Source of the DNA: Aplysia californica
Lineage: Eukaryota
Direction of reading: 5' to 3'
Assembly (NCBI RefSeq): GCF_000002075.1
Contig: NW_004797306.1
Location: 355,459-419,458, forward strand
DNA: 64,000 bases
How positions within the stretch are numbered: the stretch's first letter is position 1; every line of letters starts with the position of its first letter. This document shows, piece after piece, positions 61,075 through 64,000 of this stretch. Below the pieces are notes generated by a model. It did no database searches, was not told the origin of the DNA, and saw only the letters and a program-made list of their open reading frames with translations. The position numbers and the translations under genes are program-made.

Positions 61075-62407
61075 GTAATTTACCTTTACACTTTCTTTTT
61101 CAAGCTGCCAACAACATCATTTATTTCTTTATTTTAACCTTTGTTCCCTGGTCTTATTCTGTGTTCTTTGTTAAGTGCATGTGATCAAAATGTTTGCAGT
61201 GTAATGCACGCCCCCCCCCCCCTACCCCCCAAGATCATGGTGTAGAATGAGTCATGGTTCTACATGTGTTTTCTAGAAATGTATGGAAGTTCTGATTTTT
61301 ATGGAATACCTCATACTTTTTTTTGTTCTATTGATGATTACCCATCCCTCTTTAGATTTGTGATATCAGCAATTTTAATGATGAAGATTCAGCCTGTCTT
61401 GGAAATTCTGCTGCTGGATTTTGGTGGCATCTCAAAATTTTTCAAATCATGTGTAAAAATCACAATTTTCTTTCATCTTGTAATAGATGTTTCTAAGTGC
61501 TTGTATATATTGTAAACCTAATGTTTTTGACCCATGCTTTACTGCTACGAATGGAAGGAAATTGCAGTGTCTATGTGAAGTGGTGCAACCTTAATTTTTA
61601 GTTCTAACAGATGCATGCCATTTGTGCACTGGAAGAGTACCTCTGGTCAAGAGTTTATACAACAATGAGATCATGTCTCAACTCATCATTTTTCATGTCC
61701 AAGCTTGACGCGGTGACTGGTTACCTTTCAGTTGCCAAAGTAACAGAAAAACATTTGAAATACGAAAATTGGAAAATGACACATTTTCCAAAACATTTAT
61801 AAAGTTTAAAAAATCCCACGATAACTTTTGAAGAGTAACTCTGCTGTTATTACATTTCATTTTAATGGTAAAGGACATGACTACCTTGTAGACCGAAAGG
61901 GAGGCTACTAGTATTACCTTCCTAGAGCATGAGTGACATAGTCATATTTCCAGTGTCTTAAGTTCTTATTAATTTCTCAGTGTAAATTTACATTTAGTCT
62001 TCTTGCATTTTTATATTATTATTAAAAACTTACACAAAATATAAACCTGAGTGACAAGTCAGTTCATAATTACATTTTATGTGCAGAACTGCCCTCTGAG
62101 GGCGTAAGGCAAGAATTCTTATTCACTTTTCAAGCTTTTAAATAAGACGGTATTATAATTCAGACCCGACTGTGGCACAGTTCAACTTGCAGTGATGTTA
62201 TTAGTTGTCAGATGCAGCAAGTAAACAAGATGAAATTAAAATACGTCCTTGATTTTTACCAGCAGCCAGATTTTAAATATTTCATATTACATCATGTATT
62301 ATAATGTACAAGTTGATTCGTTTCAAGAAAGACATTAGTTTTTTTCTTTTTAGTAAATATGCCTTTATTTTGAAGGATATTGACAACCCTAAATATATTT
62401 TTTTCAG

Positions 62408-63223
62408 ATGTGGTTCAAGCTGAGCTCTCTGCCATTTGACCCTGGAGTGGGCTATGCGACCTGTGTGCTTGATAACTGTCTGTATATGTCTGGAATCTCC
62501 TTGCGTAAAGCTTACGTTCTGCGCTACGACCCCAACAGCAACATCTGGGAGGAGTGCTGTCAGATGCCAGAAAAACGTCGCTACCATGAGATGGTGGTGG
62601 CCTGTAACCAGGTGCATGCGGTGTGTGGCTGGAACAAAAGGGACGGTGTCTTCACCAGCATCATCCAGTACCATCTGGCAGAGGACAGCTGGACAAGTCT
62701 GGGAAACCTACTGGTTGGCGTCTACTCGGCTTCCACGTGCGCCGTGGATCACATGATCTATGTATTTGGAGGGCGAGCGGACGACAGCACGAGGAAGCGA
62801 GACATCCAGTCCTTCAATGTCCTCACGGGCCAGGCAATGGTGATCAACCAGTTTCCCTCTGCCGTGACAGAGAGTCGGGCCTTGTCCATAAACTCGTGCA
62901 TGTACCTTGCGCTGACCAATGGCTCCATCATGAAAGTGATGGAGTCAGGCTCACTGTCGCGGCACAGCATTCTACCAAACTTTGATCGCTTTAACTTTGG
63001 TCTCCTGCAGCGGGGCTCCAACATCCTGGTAGTCGGGGGTGACACTCGCTATCCCTCAGGCTCCAGCCAGTTTGTGGACATCCTGGAGGTCAACGGTCAG
63101 GATGGAAAGGTCAAAATCCTCAGTGACCGGCTCTTCAACAATGCCAGTGCGGCTGCCTGTAGAATCCTCTTGATCCGCCGAGTAATTTTACCAAGATTAT
63201 CTGTTCCAGGCATGCCCCACTAG
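62408..63223 (+). CDS. Kelch-like protein, coding exon 4 (divergent kelch repeats, stop)
   Basis: tttcag|MWFKLSSLP...YDPNSNIWEE...IYVFGG...ILVVGG; summed CDS 1740 nt = 579 aa + stop. Confidence 0.95.
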   Translation: MWFKLSSLPFDPGVGYATCVLDNCLYMSGISLRKAYVLRYDPNSNIWEECCQMPEKRRYHEMVVACNQVHAVCGWNKRDGVFTSIIQYHLAEDSWTSLGNLLVGVYSASTCAVDHMIYVFGGRADDSTRKRDIQSFNVLTGQAMVINQFPSAVTESRALSINSCMYLALTNGSIMKVMESGSLSRHSILPNFDRFNFGLLQRGSNILVVGGDTRYPSGSSQFVDILEVNGQDGKVKILSDRLFNNASAAACRILLIRRVILPRLSVPGMPH

Positions 63224-63794
63224 CAGATTCTTTACTTAGGACATAACAATATTTTTTCTTTTCCCCAATCACAATGATTGTTATATTTCTGTAATCATTT
63301 TGGCACAGTATTTGTTTATCAATATTTATTGTGCACTATTCCTTTGATGTATAATGTATGATAGATTGATATTCATTTATGATTCTCATTCTGGTCATGT
63401 CTATTTTGGGAAATTAAGTAAGTTGACAGTAGAAGTTCCTCTGAATGTCATACTTTCCCACTGTCCTATCATGACTAGGTCCATGCTTCAACTGTAGAAG
63501 AATCAAACTGCCATGTAAATTACATATTCGGTTCCCCCGTGATCAGACCTTGTTTGCCAGAGAGATTTTTTCCCCTGAGAAGGACAAAACTGATTTATGT
63601 CAAAATAGCCTTGTTAGACCTCTTTCATTTCACATTGAAGCACTCAAAACAATGTAACTAAATGAGGTTTAGTTACTTTTTGAAAAACAAATTTTGACTT
63701 TATGCTATTATGACACTTAGGAGAGATGATTGCACTTAGTAGGCCTACATGTGATCATACCTCATAAGTGATGACTGTTGTTTACGAGGTTAAA

Positions 63795-64000
63795 AATTTT
63801 TTTTTAGTTGAGGTTTTACGGCACTCGCAACTGCATAAGGTCATATGAGTGCCAACGGGTTGGATGTCAACAAAGAAGACCTTACAGGGAATCGGACTTA
63901 CTCTGCTCACTTCTCTAGCTTCACCAGCACAAAGTCTTCTTCGACTATTAAGGCACCCCGGAAATAGCGGGTTACAAGAGTGTGACAAACATACAAAAGA
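63795..64000 (-). mobile_element. Family B retroposon, cut by window end
   Basis: Reverse complement of the family B 3' half, including the shared tail. Confidence 0.85.

Noticed and set aside
62282-63045. Overlapping alternative-frame and antisense ORFs (95-130 aa) in the last kelch exon
   Set aside because: Expected shadows of a GC-richer coding exon; no independent signals.

Overview
Eukaryotic (animal) genomic DNA from a gapped draft assembly (8 N-runs). A lophotrochozoan, plausibly a gastropod mollusc, is inferred from a Nin/Deu-domain SINE and the repeat style; this is not proven. Three intact intron-containing genes were reconstructed by hand with GT-AG junctions and consistent phases. 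(1) GIPC PDZ adaptor, + strand, 5 coding exons 1480-16310, 347 aa, probably with a very long 3' UTR to ~24.2 kb. (2) Meiotic DSB transesterase SPO11, - strand, 11 coding exons 41440-30906, 366 aa, with catalytic Tyr (RDIYY), EKDATF and DADPHG intact. (3) A BTB-BACK-Kelch protein, + strand, 4 coding exons 55647-63223, 579 aa. The rest is SINEs, MITEs, LINE and transposase relics, microsatellites and a probable haplotig duplication. No prokaryote-type system (CRISPR etc.) is present. The most interesting signals are: a duplicated donor next to GIPC exon 3 with three possible protein outcomes, one adding a TM-like segment; paralogue comparisons showing templated palindromic (TCTAGA-type) indels concentrated near gene 5' ends; three short retroposon families sharing one stem-loop 3' tail, two with no tRNA head, including a triple nest; and recursive-splice-like AG|GT junctions in the kelch gene.
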